Shown here in pieces: positions 1 through 10,484 of a stretch of DNA of 64,000 nucleotides (position 1 is the first letter of the stretch; each line of letters starts with the position of its first letter). Under the pieces are notes generated by a model, which saw only the letters and a list, made by a program, of their open reading frames with translations, ran no database searches and was not told where the DNA came from. Source of the DNA: a virus; the IMG/VR virus record IMGVR_UViG_3300032164_000004, positions 12,685 to 76,684 of that record. One strand, written 5' to 3'. The translations under genes were made by a program, and so were the position numbers.

Positions 1-107
1 TAGGTGACATTTATGTTAAACCAGCTAGAAGTATTAATTTTATCCAACTTAATTTCTGCGCCGTGCGTACCGGTGTGGCATTTGAAGAAATAGTTGGAAA
101 ATTTTAA
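1..107 (+). CDS. gp18: tail sheath protein, C-terminal end (partial)
   Basis: Frame from nt 3 reads GDIYVKPARSINFIQLNFCAVRTGVAFEEIVGKF*, a typical T4-like sheath C-terminus; directly upstream of tail tube. Confidence 0.9.
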   Translation, partial: GDIYVKPARSINFIQLNFCAVRTGVAFEEIVGKF

Positions 108-131
108 GTTAGAGATATAGGAGAAAATACA

Positions 132-674
132 ATGCCATTTAATCTTACTGAATTTAGATCGAATCTAGTTGGAAGCGGCACCAGACCAAATTTATTCCAA
201 ATCGAATTGCAATTTCCACCTGCTGCTATCGATAACGAAGCCGCTAGGTTAGTTACATTTTTAGCTGAAGCATCAAGTTTACCAGCGGACTATGTTGGTG
301 TTATTCCGGTTGCATATTTCGGCCGTGAATTAAAATATCCTGGAGATAGACGATTTGAACCTTGGTATATTCAAGTTATTAATGATGAGAATTTCAAAAT
401 TCGTGATGCCTTTGAACGGTGGATGAATACATTAAATCAACATGTGGCAAATCTGAGAAGTCCTGCCGCAGCAATTCCTAGAGGATATTGTGTTGATGCG
501 GTGGTTAAACAGTATGCGAAGATTGGTGGAGAACCAATCAAAGAATATACTATGACCGGTGCATGGCCGTCGAATGTTAGTTCCATAGATTTAGCGTGGG
601 AATCGGTCGATACATTAGAGCGTTTTATGGTTACTTTCCAGTACCAATGGTGGACAAGCAATACTACCACATAA
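132..674 (+). CDS. gp19: tail tube protein
   Basis: RPNLF, YFGRELKYPGDRRFEPW and FQYQWW motifs; synteny. Confidence 0.93.
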   Translation: MPFNLTEFRSNLVGSGTRPNLFQIELQFPPAAIDNEAARLVTFLAEASSLPADYVGVIPVAYFGRELKYPGDRRFEPWYIQVINDENFKIRDAFERWMNTLNQHVANLRSPAAAIPRGYCVDAVVKQYAKIGGEPIKEYTMTGAWPSNVSSIDLAWESVDTLERFMVTFQYQWWTSNTTT

Positions 675-692
675 TTGAAATATTGTTTTAAT

Positions 693-724
693 TGGGGGTC
701 GGATGCTTAGGCGTTCGGTCCCCC
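693..724 (+). terminator. GC-rich hairpin between gp19 and gp20
   Basis: GGGGGTCGGATGC-TTAG-GCGTTCGGTCCCC pairs with several G-U; no U-tract. Confidence 0.45.
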
Positions 725-738
725 ACATACATATTAAT

Positions 739-3441
739 ATGGCCACAAAACAAAAACCTAAAACAAACAGACGTCCTGTGACGAAGAAGAATGATACTAA
801 AGGTCAAATCATAAATGAACAGTTTGTTAATGTTATAGAAAACCAAGTACAAAATGGGGAAATAACTTTATCAGAGGCTTTTCAATTATTTGGTTTTCAA
901 TTAGGTAAAAAAGATAAAGGAAAAGAAATTAATCCTTCGTTTGCTATGCCTGCAAATGAGGATGGTGCTCTTACCCTCCAAACAGGTGCAATCTATGGCA
1001 CATACGTTGACATGGATGGTACTGCAAAAAACGAAGTAGAATTAATTACTAGATATAGAGAAGCCGCATTACATCCTGAATGTGATTCGGCTATTGAAGA
1101 TATTGTAAATGAATCTATTGTATGTGAGGAAGATGAACAAGTAATAGAAATAAACCTAGAAGAATTTCCATTACGTGGTTATAGTCCAGAATTCGGCCAA
1201 TACGTGAAAGCTGAATTTGATAATGTTTTAGACCTTTTAAACTTTAGAGATGAAGGGCACAACATATTCAAACGTTGGTATATTGATGGAAGATTATTTT
1301 ACCATACTATTATAGATAATGAAGCTCCAGCAGAAGGTATTAAAGAATTACGTTATTTGGATCCTAGAAGAATACGAAAGATTCGGGAACAAAAGAAAAG
1401 GTTAAATGAGTTTGGTGTTGAAGTTGTGGATAGAATTGATGAATATTATGTTTATAATGAGCGAGGAATAAACAACGCAAATGCGACCGCTGTTATAGGA
1501 GTCCGAATATCAGAGGATTCCATTGTTTATTCCCATTCAGGATTAGTAGAATCCGGTAAAACACATATAATTTTAAGTCATCTACATAAAGCTTTAAAAC
1601 CATTAAATCAACTTCGCCATATCGAAGATGCGGTGGTAATTTACAGATTAAGCCGGGCGCCGGAACGTAGGATATTTTACATTGATGTTGGTAATTTACC
1701 TAAGATAAAAGCCGAACAATACCTTAGAGATATTATGTTAAAGTATCGGAATAAGTTGGTGTATGATTCCAATACTGGTGAATTAAGAGACGATAAGAAA
1801 TTCTTATCGATGATGGAAGACTATTGGCTCCCCCGTCGCGAAGGTTGCATTTGCCTAGACGAGAAGATAAGTCTTTTAGATGGTAGATCTTGCGAGCTAT
1901 CAAAATTAATCAAAGAACATAATTCTGGAATTCAAAATTATACGCTAAGTGTGAGTTCAGATGGTACCATAGTACCTGGTAAAATTTCATGGGCTGGTAT
2001 AACTAGGAGAAATTCGGAAGTAATGAAAATTACTTTAGATAATGATGAAAGTGTTACCTCTACTTTAGACCATAAATTTATCTTGAGAACAGGTGAAAAA
2101 ATTGAGGCAAAAGACTTAAAAGTTGGTGATTCTTTAATGCCTCTATACACTAGATTGCATCACGTTTCTCCAAATAGAAAGAGTGGAGAATATTTACAGA
2201 TATTTGATAATAAATCCGAAAAATGGAAATTCACACATACATTGGTATCCGATTATTTTAATCGTAAAAAAGAAATTAATGAAGTTGTGCACCACGATAA
2301 TCTCAATAGATTTGATAATAGTCCAAAAAATCTCACTTTGATGGATAAAAAGAAACATTGGGCATTACACTCCACAATGGGTACCAAATCCTGGGAGAAT
2401 GGAAATCGAGAGGAACATTGTAAGAATCTTTCTATTGCCGGTAAAGAATTTTTTGAAACTGAAGAGGGATTAAAAAGACGCCAAGAAATCTCCGACAACA
2501 ATAGAGTAAATCCAAATATAGTGAACGGTTTTACTAATGGTCGAGAAAAAATAAAAGCTTTAAGAGAACAGGATAAATTAAATCTTTCTAAAGAAGAATA
2601 TCTTGCTAAATGGTCTCCTGGTCTTAAAAAGATGTTAGAAAATAATTTACGTATAAAGGAAAACAATTTACAAGTAAAAGCCGCACATAATCATAAAGTT
2701 AAATCTATTGAGTTTTTAACCGAACGAATGGACGTTGGAACTTTAACAATTGATGCTAATGAGGAGTATCACGATTATCATAATTTCGCCCTTTCATGCG
2801 GCATATTTGTAATGAATTCGAAAGGCACAGAAATAGGTACTCTTCCTGGTGGTGAAAATCTGGGAGAAATTACCGACGTTGAGTATTTTGAACAAAAATT
2901 ATATAGGGCTTTAAATGTACCTATATCTAGAATTAAGAGTGAGGGCGGATTTAATCTTGGTCGTTCGGCTGAAATTTCTAGAGATGAAGTCAAATTTTAT
3001 AAGTTTGTTGTCCGTTTAAGAAAGAGATTTACTCAATTATTTTTCCAAATATTAAAGACTCAACTTATACTAAAAGGTATAATCCAAGTTGATGAATGGG
3101 AGAATTTAAAGAGGGGTATAAAATTTAAGTTTGCTCAATCATCTTATTATTCGGAACTAAAAGCAGGAGAAATACTTAGAGAACGTGTTGCTACCTTAAC
3201 AGAAATGAATCCTTTTGTTGGTACGTATTATTCTATAAATTGGATAAGAAAGAACGTATTAAAACAAACTGAAGATGATATTGTTGAAATAGACCAACAA
3301 ATAAAAGGAGAACAAGAAATTATGGCTAATACGTTGGCAACCCAAGCATTAGCACAGCAAATCGCCGGAGCTAGTATGATGGCATTAACACCACAGGCGC
3401 AGGGACCCAATTTCCCCAAATCAAAGCAAGAAGAACCTTAA
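739..3441 (+). CDS. gp20: portal vertex protein containing an intein
   Basis: WYIDGRLFYH, YRLSRAPERRIFYIDVGNLPK, EDYWLPRREG|SKGTEIGTLPGGENLGE; ATG 739 preferred over 703. Confidence 0.95.
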   Translation: MATKQKPKTNRRPVTKKNDTKGQIINEQFVNVIENQVQNGEITLSEAFQLFGFQLGKKDKGKEINPSFAMPANEDGALTLQTGAIYGTYVDMDGTAKNEVELITRYREAALHPECDSAIEDIVNESIVCEEDEQVIEINLEEFPLRGYSPEFGQYVKAEFDNVLDLLNFRDEGHNIFKRWYIDGRLFYHTIIDNEAPAEGIKELRYLDPRRIRKIREQKKRLNEFGVEVVDRIDEYYVYNERGINNANATAVIGVRISEDSIVYSHSGLVESGKTHIILSHLHKALKPLNQLRHIEDAVVIYRLSRAPERRIFYIDVGNLPKIKAEQYLRDIMLKYRNKLVYDSNTGELRDDKKFLSMMEDYWLPRREGCICLDEKISLLDGRSCELSKLIKEHNSGIQNYTLSVSSDGTIVPGKISWAGITRRNSEVMKITLDNDESVTSTLDHKFILRTGEKIEAKDLKVGDSLMPLYTRLHHVSPNRKSGEYLQIFDNKSEKWKFTHTLVSDYFNRKKEINEVVHHDNLNRFDNSPKNLTLMDKKKHWALHSTMGTKSWENGNREEHCKNLSIAGKEFFETEEGLKRRQEISDNNRVNPNIVNGFTNGREKIKALREQDKLNLSKEEYLAKWSPGLKKMLENNLRIKENNLQVKAAHNHKVKSIEFLTERMDVGTLTIDANEEYHDYHNFALSCGIFVMNSKGTEIGTLPGGENLGEITDVEYFEQKLYRALNVPISRIKSEGGFNLGRSAEISRDEVKFYKFVVRLRKRFTQLFFQILKTQLILKGIIQVDEWENLKRGIKFKFAQSSYYSELKAGEILRERVATLTEMNPFVGTYYSINWIRKNVLKQTEDDIVEIDQQIKGEQEIMANTLATQALAQQIAGASMMALTPQAQGPNFPKSKQEEP
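1846..2817 (+). mobile_element. intein (324 aa) with HNH endonuclease domain, in portal
   Basis: Begins CICLDEKI; block B TLDHKFI; HNH-like VVHHDNLNRFDNSPKNL; ends HNFALSCGIFVMN followed by Ser+1; removing it restores the conserved portal motif. Confidence 0.92.
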
Positions 3442-3453
3442 AGGAGTTATGAA

Positions 3454-3891
3454 ATGAAACCTATGGTTGATTTTTTTAAATCTGTAGAAGAAAGCAGTAT
3501 CGAAGGATGTAATTCGTCTTTACAAAATTTACTTGGAGAAAAAATTCAAGTAAAAATGGCAGAATCATATTTTAATATCGCAAGTACCTGGTTAACCGGT
3601 ACAGATGAAGAACCTACGGAAGTGGTTGAAGATATTGAAGAGGATGAATCTTCTGACGAAATGGTTGAAAGTGTTATTGCAACTCTCGCGGATATAGTTG
3701 AAGGTAATGAAGATGCTATTGTAACCTTCACCAATAACACTTCAACATTTGTAACTCCTAATGTAGCTACCAAATTATTGGAAGTTTGGTTGAGTTTAAA
3801 TGAAGAAAATAGAGCAATATTTATAGATAGACTGGCAGAAGGTCATAATTCTTTTAATACGATGGTGGAGTTTTCATTAAAAGATAAGTAG
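3454..3891 (+). CDS. acidic prohead core-like protein (gp67 position)
   Basis: Acidic ORF with RBS AAGGAG between portal and protease. Confidence 0.5.
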   Translation: MKPMVDFFKSVEESSIEGCNSSLQNLLGEKIQVKMAESYFNIASTWLTGTDEEPTEVVEDIEEDESSDEMVESVIATLADIVEGNEDAIVTFTNNTSTFVTPNVATKLLEVWLSLNEENRAIFIDRLAEGHNSFNTMVEFSLKDK

Positions 3892-3899
3892 AGGCAAAT

Positions 3900-4466
3900 A
3901 TGGTAGATCCTAGAATTTTAGACTATATTGATGCTAGGCAAAATACAAATGCCTATGATTTAATGAAGGACCGTCTAAGTCTTATTATTACAGATAGGCT
4001 CCAAGATAAACGGATGGAACTTGCCGCTAGTATATTTAATCGGGAAATTGACGAAGAAGCGGAAGATTTACAAGAAAAGCGAAGCGTTGGTAGGATTAAT
4101 AGTTCTATACCTGGGGTTTCTATGTATGGAATGTCCGCTCCATTTGGTAGAAACGTTCAACGTTATTTATCGCCTAAAAGTTTTATGACTCGTTTGGCTT
4201 ACAAATACGGATTTAGACATTCCCATACGAAACACGTTGAAGGTGGTTCAAAAAAGCATACATTCAGTCATCCGAATGGTAGTCAATTAAGTATTCATTC
4301 TGGAGGAGCAAGCGGAACTTATTGGGCGCACCATTCTAAATCTGGCTCTAGATGGTCCCATTTGGGTAGTGGTAATACTCATTCAGGATTAAGTAAACAT
4401 TTTAAAAAATCCTTTAAATTAAAACCACAAAGATTTCACGAAGAATTGGAGGTTATAAAAGAATAA
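3900..4466 (+). CDS. prohead core-like protein (gp67/gp68 position)
   Basis: Synteny; translationally coupled to gp21. Confidence 0.45.
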   Translation: MVDPRILDYIDARQNTNAYDLMKDRLSLIITDRLQDKRMELAASIFNREIDEEAEDLQEKRSVGRINSSIPGVSMYGMSAPFGRNVQRYLSPKSFMTRLAYKYGFRHSHTKHVEGGSKKHTFSHPNGSQLSIHSGGASGTYWAHHSKSGSRWSHLGSGNTHSGLSKHFKKSFKLKPQRFHEELEVIKE

Positions 4467-5140
4467 TGTTACTTATAACTGAAACTACTGATACGGTTGA
4501 TTATTTAGTAGAAGGAGTAGAACCTTCATCTAAGAGACATTTCATTCAAGGAATTTTTCTACAAGCTAATGTTAAGAATCGTAATGGTCGTATATATCCG
4601 ACAGATATATTAGCAAAAGAAGTAGATCGCTACACATCCAATTATATCTTACAAGATAGAGCTTTAGGTGAATTAGGGCATCCAGATGGTCCTAGAATTA
4701 ATTTAGACCGAGTTTCACATAAAATTACAGAATTGAAACGTGATGGTAATAATTATGTAGGTAAAGCTATGATTTTAGATACACCAAATGGACGAACAGT
4801 AAAAGGTCTTATAGAAGGTAATGTTAAATTTGGCGTATCAAGTAGGGGAATGGGAACTTTAAAAATGGTTAATGGTGTAAATTATGTAAATGAAGATTTT
4901 ATGTTGGCTACTGCTGCGGATATAGTTTCAGATCCTTCAGCGCCTCACGCCTTTGTGAATGGAATAATGGAAGGTGTTGAATGGGTATGGAATAATGGAA
5001 TTTTTGAAGAACGTCATTTAGAAACTGAGAAAACCCGCTTAGATACAGCAGCAAGAAAAGGTCTTATGTCCGAACGATATCAAACGGCTATACTAGAGTC
5101 ATTTGCTCGGCTTATGAAAGGACTTGTTTCTAAATCATAA
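4466..5140 (+). CDS. gp21: prohead protease
   Basis: IQGIFLQANVKNRNGRIYP, ALGELGHP, GVSSRGMG, DIVSDPSAP. Confidence 0.95.
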   Translation: MLLITETTDTVDYLVEGVEPSSKRHFIQGIFLQANVKNRNGRIYPTDILAKEVDRYTSNYILQDRALGELGHPDGPRINLDRVSHKITELKRDGNNYVGKAMILDTPNGRTVKGLIEGNVKFGVSSRGMGTLKMVNGVNYVNEDFMLATAADIVSDPSAPHAFVNGIMEGVEWVWNNGIFEERHLETEKTRLDTAARKGLMSERYQTAILESFARLMKGLVSKS

Positions 5141-5188
5141 AAATGATAAATAATTTAGTAAATATTAAATGGATTAAGGAGAATATCG

Positions 5189-6406
5189 ATGAGAAAAACG
5201 CTTGAAAAAAAGATCCTAGAGATCATGAGTACAAAGCGCAAAAATTTGAAAGAGGATGTAAGTGGAAATCCTCAAGGAGATGCCGTTAAACCAGCGTGGG
5301 ATGACCTAGGACCCGCTATTATAGATCCAAAAGGTACTCTACCGGATTATGGTAAAAGTATTAAACCTGGACAAGCATCATTGCCAGCACAACCAGTAGC
5401 TTGTGGACCAGAATCATGTCAGGATGATACTATTCCTTTTAAACCCGCCGATTTAAAGGAAACCGAAGATAAAGATGAGGATGATGAGGATGATAAGGAT
5501 GAAGATCCGGATGATAAGGATGAAAAGGCGAAAGAAGTGAAGGAAGATTTAACGGCGGATCAAGAAAATGCTCGCCAAAAATCTAAATTGAGTTTAGGCG
5601 AACCCATGGGGAAACTTAACGATAAGAAGAAAAAAGATGAGGATGAAGAAGAGGATGAAGACGGAGATGATGGTGTTGATAAGAAGGAAGTAAAAGAAGA
5701 TATCAACGCTCTATTCGTCGGAGAAAATATCTCCGAAGCTTTCAAGCAAAAAGTCGCCCTGATTTATGAAGCATCCGTTAATCTTCGGGTTAAGGCTCTT
5801 GTAGAAAAGAGAATATCGGAATTAGAGGAATATTATACTCAAACATTTGAAACTGGTATGAATGATATCCGAGAATCTTTAACTACTAAAGTAGATTCTT
5901 ATTTAAATTTTGTTGTAGAACAGTGGATGGAAGAAAATAAGTTAGCCATCGAAATGGGTTTAAGAACCGAATTAGTTGAAGAATTTATGTCAAAGTTGAA
6001 GAACCTTTTCAATGAGCATTATATTGAAATTCCGGAAGATAAGGTAGATGTACTCGGTGGTTTAGCTGAAAGAGTACAGGAACTTCAAGATAAATTAGAT
6101 GAACAAATTACCGCTAATATAGCCCTAAAGGAAGAAGTTGATATTCACGGGAAAGAAAAAATCCTAAGAGAAGCATCAATTGGTTTATCAACATCTCAAG
6201 CGGATAAGTTAAAACAGTTGGCTGAAGGTTTAGAATTTAAGGGAACGGATAATTATAGAGAAAGTCTTAAAACCTTAAGAGAATCCTACCATGTAAAGCC
6301 AGCTAAAGGAGCAATTAATCTTACAGAAGAAAAAGATCCTAAAGGTATACCACCAATCGGAGAAATGTCTTCAATTATGAATGCTCTGAGGTTGTCGAGT
6401 AAATAA
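5189..6406 (+). CDS. gp22: prohead core scaffold protein
   Basis: Acidic coiled coil; VDSYLNFVVEQWMEENKLAIEMGLRTE motif; synteny. Confidence 0.9.
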   Translation: MRKTLEKKILEIMSTKRKNLKEDVSGNPQGDAVKPAWDDLGPAIIDPKGTLPDYGKSIKPGQASLPAQPVACGPESCQDDTIPFKPADLKETEDKDEDDEDDKDEDPDDKDEKAKEVKEDLTADQENARQKSKLSLGEPMGKLNDKKKKDEDEEEDEDGDDGVDKKEVKEDINALFVGENISEAFKQKVALIYEASVNLRVKALVEKRISELEEYYTQTFETGMNDIRESLTTKVDSYLNFVVEQWMEENKLAIEMGLRTELVEEFMSKLKNLFNEHYIEIPEDKVDVLGGLAERVQELQDKLDEQITANIALKEEVDIHGKEKILREASIGLSTSQADKLKQLAEGLEFKGTDNYRESLKTLRESYHVKPAKGAINLTEEKDPKGIPPIGEMSSIMNALRLSSK

Positions 6407-6424
6407 CGTCTAGGATATGGAAAT

Positions 6425-6432
6425 TATAAATA
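6425..6432 (+). promoter_or_regulatory. T4-type late promoter TATAAATA
   Basis: Exact gp55 -10 consensus upstream of gp23. Confidence 0.8.
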
Positions 6433-6458
6433 TTAATGATATTTAAGGAGAACTATAG

Positions 6459-7796
6459 ATGAAACCAATGAATTTAACTGAAGCAGTAGAAAAGTGGCAA
6501 GAGGTTCTAAACTACGAAGAAATTCCGGCCATTAAAGATAAATGGAAGAGAAAAGTAACGGCTCAACTGTTAGAAAATCAACAAGCGGCATTACGGGATT
6601 CACATGAAGCCCTAATGGCTATTCAAGAAGCCGCACCAACAAACGCTACTGGAGCTAATGTTGCTAATTGGGATCCTATTTTAATCAGCTTAGTTAGACG
6701 TTCGATGCCTAACTTAGTTGCTTATGATATTTGCGGTGTTCAACCGATGAGTGGTCCGACTGGTTTAATTTTTGCTTTAAGAAGCAGATATGCTGGACAA
6801 ACTGGAGTCGAAGCATTATTTAATGAAGCTGATACCAATTTCTCTGGAACTAACGCTTCAGGGACAGGATCAGGATATACAGCACAAGTGGGTACAGATC
6901 CAGTTGGTTCAGGATTCTCACCTCCTGGTACACCGTTAGCAACAGGTTATGCAACGGGTCATTCAATGATTACTACATTAGCTGAAGCTTTAGGTGATGG
7001 TGTATCAGGAAATAACTTCGCTGAGATGGCATTCAGCATTGAAAAGGTCACTGTAACAGCAGGAAGCAGAGCCTTAAAAGCTGAATACACAATTGAAATC
7101 GCGCAAGATTTAAAGGCAGTTCATGGGTTGGATGCGGAAAGTGAATTAGCAAACATCCTATCGGCAGAAATCTTAACAGAAATCAACCGAGAAGTTGTAA
7201 GAAATCTGTATTACATTGCAAAGACTGGTTGCGCAGCGGGTCAAACATCAGCAGTTGGTGTATTTGATCTTGACTTAGATAGCAACGGACGTTGGTCAGT
7301 TGAGAAGTTCAAAGGACTTCTGTTCCAATTAGAACGCGAAGCCAACGTAATCGCAAAGCAAACACGTAGAGGCCGTGGTAATATTGTTATATGTTCTTCG
7401 GATGTAGCGAGTGCATTAACAATGGCCGGCGTGTTAGACTACGCTCCAGCAATGTCAACTAATTTGACTGTTGATGACACCGGAAATACTTTCTGTGGTG
7501 TGTTAAATGGACGTATTAGAGTCTATATCGACCCTTACTTTATTAGCGCCGGAACATCGGAACTAGCAATGACAGGATACAGAGGAGTGAGTCCTTACGA
7601 TGCAGGGTTCTTCTATTGCCCTTATATACCTCTTCAAATGGTAAGAGCGGTAGATCCTCAATCGTTCCAACCAAAGATCGGGTTCAAGACGCGGTATGGT
7701 AAAGTTGAGAATCCGTTCTATTCAAACGCAAATGGCTCTTTAACAGCCAATACAAATCCATATTACAGATTATTCCAAGTTAAAAACTTAATGTAA
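6459..7796 (+). CDS. gp23: major capsid protein
   Basis: DPILISLVRRSMPNLVAYDICGVQPMSGPTGLIFALR, FQPKIGFKTRYG. Confidence 0.98.
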   Translation: MKPMNLTEAVEKWQEVLNYEEIPAIKDKWKRKVTAQLLENQQAALRDSHEALMAIQEAAPTNATGANVANWDPILISLVRRSMPNLVAYDICGVQPMSGPTGLIFALRSRYAGQTGVEALFNEADTNFSGTNASGTGSGYTAQVGTDPVGSGFSPPGTPLATGYATGHSMITTLAEALGDGVSGNNFAEMAFSIEKVTVTAGSRALKAEYTIEIAQDLKAVHGLDAESELANILSAEILTEINREVVRNLYYIAKTGCAAGQTSAVGVFDLDLDSNGRWSVEKFKGLLFQLEREANVIAKQTRRGRGNIVICSSDVASALTMAGVLDYAPAMSTNLTVDDTGNTFCGVLNGRIRVYIDPYFISAGTSELAMTGYRGVSPYDAGFFYCPYIPLQMVRAVDPQSFQPKIGFKTRYGKVENPFYSNANGSLTANTNPYYRLFQVKNLM

Positions 7797-7810
7797 TCAG
7801 TGAGTTAGAG

Positions 7811-7845
7811 AAAATAGGAGAGTTGATCTAAACTCTCCTATTTTT
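7811..7845 (+). terminator. intrinsic terminator after gp23
   Basis: AAAATAGGAGAGTT-GATCTA-AACTCTCCTATTTTT. Confidence 0.8.
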
Positions 7846-8094
7846 AGGTTTATTCGTTTACCATTTGTAAGGTTCTTAAAAGGTTCATCATTTAGTACAT
7901 AATCTCTTTATAGTTTAATTCACTGATAAATTTCTTACCATTTGTAATGTTACTTACGTTATCGCTGGGTAAAGTAAAATAAATTAATATTTACAATATT
8001 CTAAGTTATTTCCAATATTGTAAGTCATTGAAAACACTATATTAAATTCTTTTAACATTTGAAGCCCCACGTATTCAATCGACTAAATATTAGT

Positions 8095-9432
8095 ATGAGC
8101 GAACGAAGAACTAATGATGAATTTATAGCCGAGTCAAAAAATCTTTATCCTAACCGATATGATTATACACTAACCAATTATATTAAGAATAACCAAAAAG
8201 TCCAAATAAAATGTATTGAACATAATCATCTATTTGAACAAACACCAGCAAACCACAAATATTTTGAAGGTTGTCCTATATGTTTCGCAGCAAACCAAAG
8301 AGAAAAATTTGTAAAATCTACTTCCGGTTTCATAAAAGATAGTATAAAGAAACATGGTAATATATACGATTATTCCAAAACCGATTATCAGGATATTTTA
8401 CATAAAGTCTTAATTACCTGTAAGAAACACGGAGATTTTGAGCAACATCCCACCAATCATCTAAAAGGTTGTGGTTGTCCTAAATGTGGAATAGAAAAAC
8501 TTCCTGGATCTTATTCGTGGGGTTTTTTTACCAAAAATCCAGATAAAAAATATATCAAAGCCCTCCTATATAATATCAAATTCAATGATATCTATAAAAT
8601 CGGTATAACTACAAAATCCATTAAAACACGATATACCGGCCTCAAAATCCCCTATACCATCCTATGGGAAAAGGAGATGCCTTTATGTGATGCTTGGGCT
8701 ACCGAACAATTATTACTCCAAATATACAAAGATTATCAAATAGATCCTCAGATTAAATTTGGTGGTAAAGGTGAATGCTTATCTATAGATATACCAAAAG
8801 AATCTGTAATACACATATTTTTCGATGAATGGACCAATAAAAAGGACATAGTATTATCCCGATTTAATATCAAAAACCATTTACAGTGTATTAAAATTCC
8901 TGCCAGAAAATGTGAAGTAAAGCAAGTGCTTTCTAAAGAAGCCAACGACTTTTTAAGACAGACCCATATCCAAGGTTCTTCAAATTCATCCATTTCTTTG
9001 GGTCTGTATAATTCCAATAAATTAGTATCCATTATGACATTTGGAAAACCTAGATTTTCTAAAACTGCGGACTGGGAACTTATCCGATATTCAACAGAAT
9101 TGGATACTATAGTTCAAGGTGGGGCTTCTAAATTATTTAAAACCTTTATAACTCAATATAATCCAAAAAATATAGTATCATATTCGGATAAACGCTGGAA
9201 TATAGGAGAAATATATCACATCTTAGGATTTAAATATACGCACACCTCTTCTCCAAATTATTGGTATACTAAAGAAGATAGTACTATATCCCGCGTTCAA
9301 GCACAGAAACACAAATTACCAAAATTATTGGATAATTTCGATCCTAAACAAACCGAATATCAAAATATGATGAATAATGGATTTCAAAAGATTGTAGATA
9401 ATGGTAATGATGTGTATTTGTGGTCCTCATAA
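8095..9432 (+). CDS. putative homing endonuclease (Zn-ribbon repeats plus Hef-like C-terminal domain)
   Basis: CKKHGDFEQHPTNHLKGCGCPKC repeats, YKIGIT, ARKCEVK...HIQG...WELIRY...SYSDKRW. Confidence 0.7.
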   Translation: MSERRTNDEFIAESKNLYPNRYDYTLTNYIKNNQKVQIKCIEHNHLFEQTPANHKYFEGCPICFAANQREKFVKSTSGFIKDSIKKHGNIYDYSKTDYQDILHKVLITCKKHGDFEQHPTNHLKGCGCPKCGIEKLPGSYSWGFFTKNPDKKYIKALLYNIKFNDIYKIGITTKSIKTRYTGLKIPYTILWEKEMPLCDAWATEQLLLQIYKDYQIDPQIKFGGKGECLSIDIPKESVIHIFFDEWTNKKDIVLSRFNIKNHLQCIKIPARKCEVKQVLSKEANDFLRQTHIQGSSNSSISLGLYNSNKLVSIMTFGKPRFSKTADWELIRYSTELDTIVQGGASKLFKTFITQYNPKNIVSYSDKRWNIGEIYHILGFKYTHTSSPNYWYTKEDSTISRVQAQKHKLPKLLDNFDPKQTEYQNMMNNGFQKIVDNGNDVYLWSS

Positions 9433-9440
9433 ATACCATT

Positions 9441-9998
9441 ATGGCAGCCACAACTTACGAAAATATCGGCGCTTGGAATAAACAACCAGACAATGTAAAT
9501 TTTTTACATACCGTCAAATTTAAATTTGCAATACGTAAAATACCTCATTGCAATTATTTCTTAAAGGGTGCTAGATTACCCGCTATAACTTTAGGTACCG
9601 CTATACAACCAACACCATTCCAAGATCTACCAGTTCCTGGTATTAATATGAATTGGGATGAATTGGAAATCAGATTTTTGGTTGATGAAGATATGAAAAA
9701 TTACCTTGAGATTGTTGAATGGATGCGAGGTCTTGGATTAGTTAAAAATTTTGATAAGTACGCCACATTAAAAACGGAAAATACCGACCTTAATTCTAAA
9801 TGGGGTGGAATTTGGTCAGATGCTATATTACATGTTTTAACTAATCAAGCCAATGCAAATGTTAATTTTATATTTAGGGATGCTTATCCAGTCTTTTTAA
9901 GTCCTATTGAATTTTTAAGTGATGACCAAGAAGCGACGCCGGCGGAAGCTATCGTACAATTTAAATATGCATACTACGATTGGGAGTATGTAACCTAA
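9441..9998 (+). CDS. gp3: tail completion/sheath stabiliser
   Basis: NFL..KFKF..KIPHCNYF...LPAITLG; FLVDEDMKNYLEIVEWM; late promoter CATAAATA at 9428-9435. Confidence 0.8.
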   Translation: MAATTYENIGAWNKQPDNVNFLHTVKFKFAIRKIPHCNYFLKGARLPAITLGTAIQPTPFQDLPVPGINMNWDELEIRFLVDEDMKNYLEIVEWMRGLGLVKNFDKYATLKTENTDLNSKWGGIWSDAILHVLTNQANANVNFIFRDAYPVFLSPIEFLSDDQEATPAEAIVQFKYAYYDWEYVT

Positions 9999-10444
9999 TG
10001 AAAACCTTTAAAGAATTTATAACAGAAAATTATAGAGACCCGGATAGTATAAAGGGATGGATGAACCCTAAAGGTGAAGTACATTTATTAGATTCTGGAA
10101 CAGAACATGGTTTAAATTTACCCACAAAATTAAATTCTCTTCCTAAAATAAAAAGTCCAGAATATTATACGAAATCTGAAATAGGTTCTAATTTAGCATT
10201 ATCTAAAGGATATGCAAGATTTGGAAAAGAAGGTGTAGGTGATAATTATGTTCATTTTGACCATACCACAGATGATGGTAAAAAATCAGCATATCATGCC
10301 TTAAAATATTTAAATCCTAATAATATACATCCTTCTCCACACATAAACATACAAAAATCGAAAGAATTGCATTCCGACAAAAATAATCGTGAAGAATTAA
10401 AAACCAATAAAAGATCTGAAGCCTTAACATTTATTTTAAAATAA
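9998..10444 (+). CDS. probable internal head protein
   Basis: N-terminus MKTFKEFITE resembles the T4 capsid-targeting sequence. Confidence 0.5.
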   Translation: MKTFKEFITENYRDPDSIKGWMNPKGEVHLLDSGTEHGLNLPTKLNSLPKIKSPEYYTKSEIGSNLALSKGYARFGKEGVGDNYVHFDHTTDDGKKSAYHALKYLNPNNIHPSPHINIQKSKELHSDKNNREELKTNKRSEALTFILK

Positions 10445-10484
10445 GTATCATAATCACCCTCGATAAATATTATTGCGGGTGATT

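Noticed and set aside
7855-8025. Direct repeat TTACCATTTGTAA x2 and inverted TTACAATATT/AATATTGTAA after gp23
   Set aside because: Short and AT-rich; could be operators but cannot be told from chance by eye
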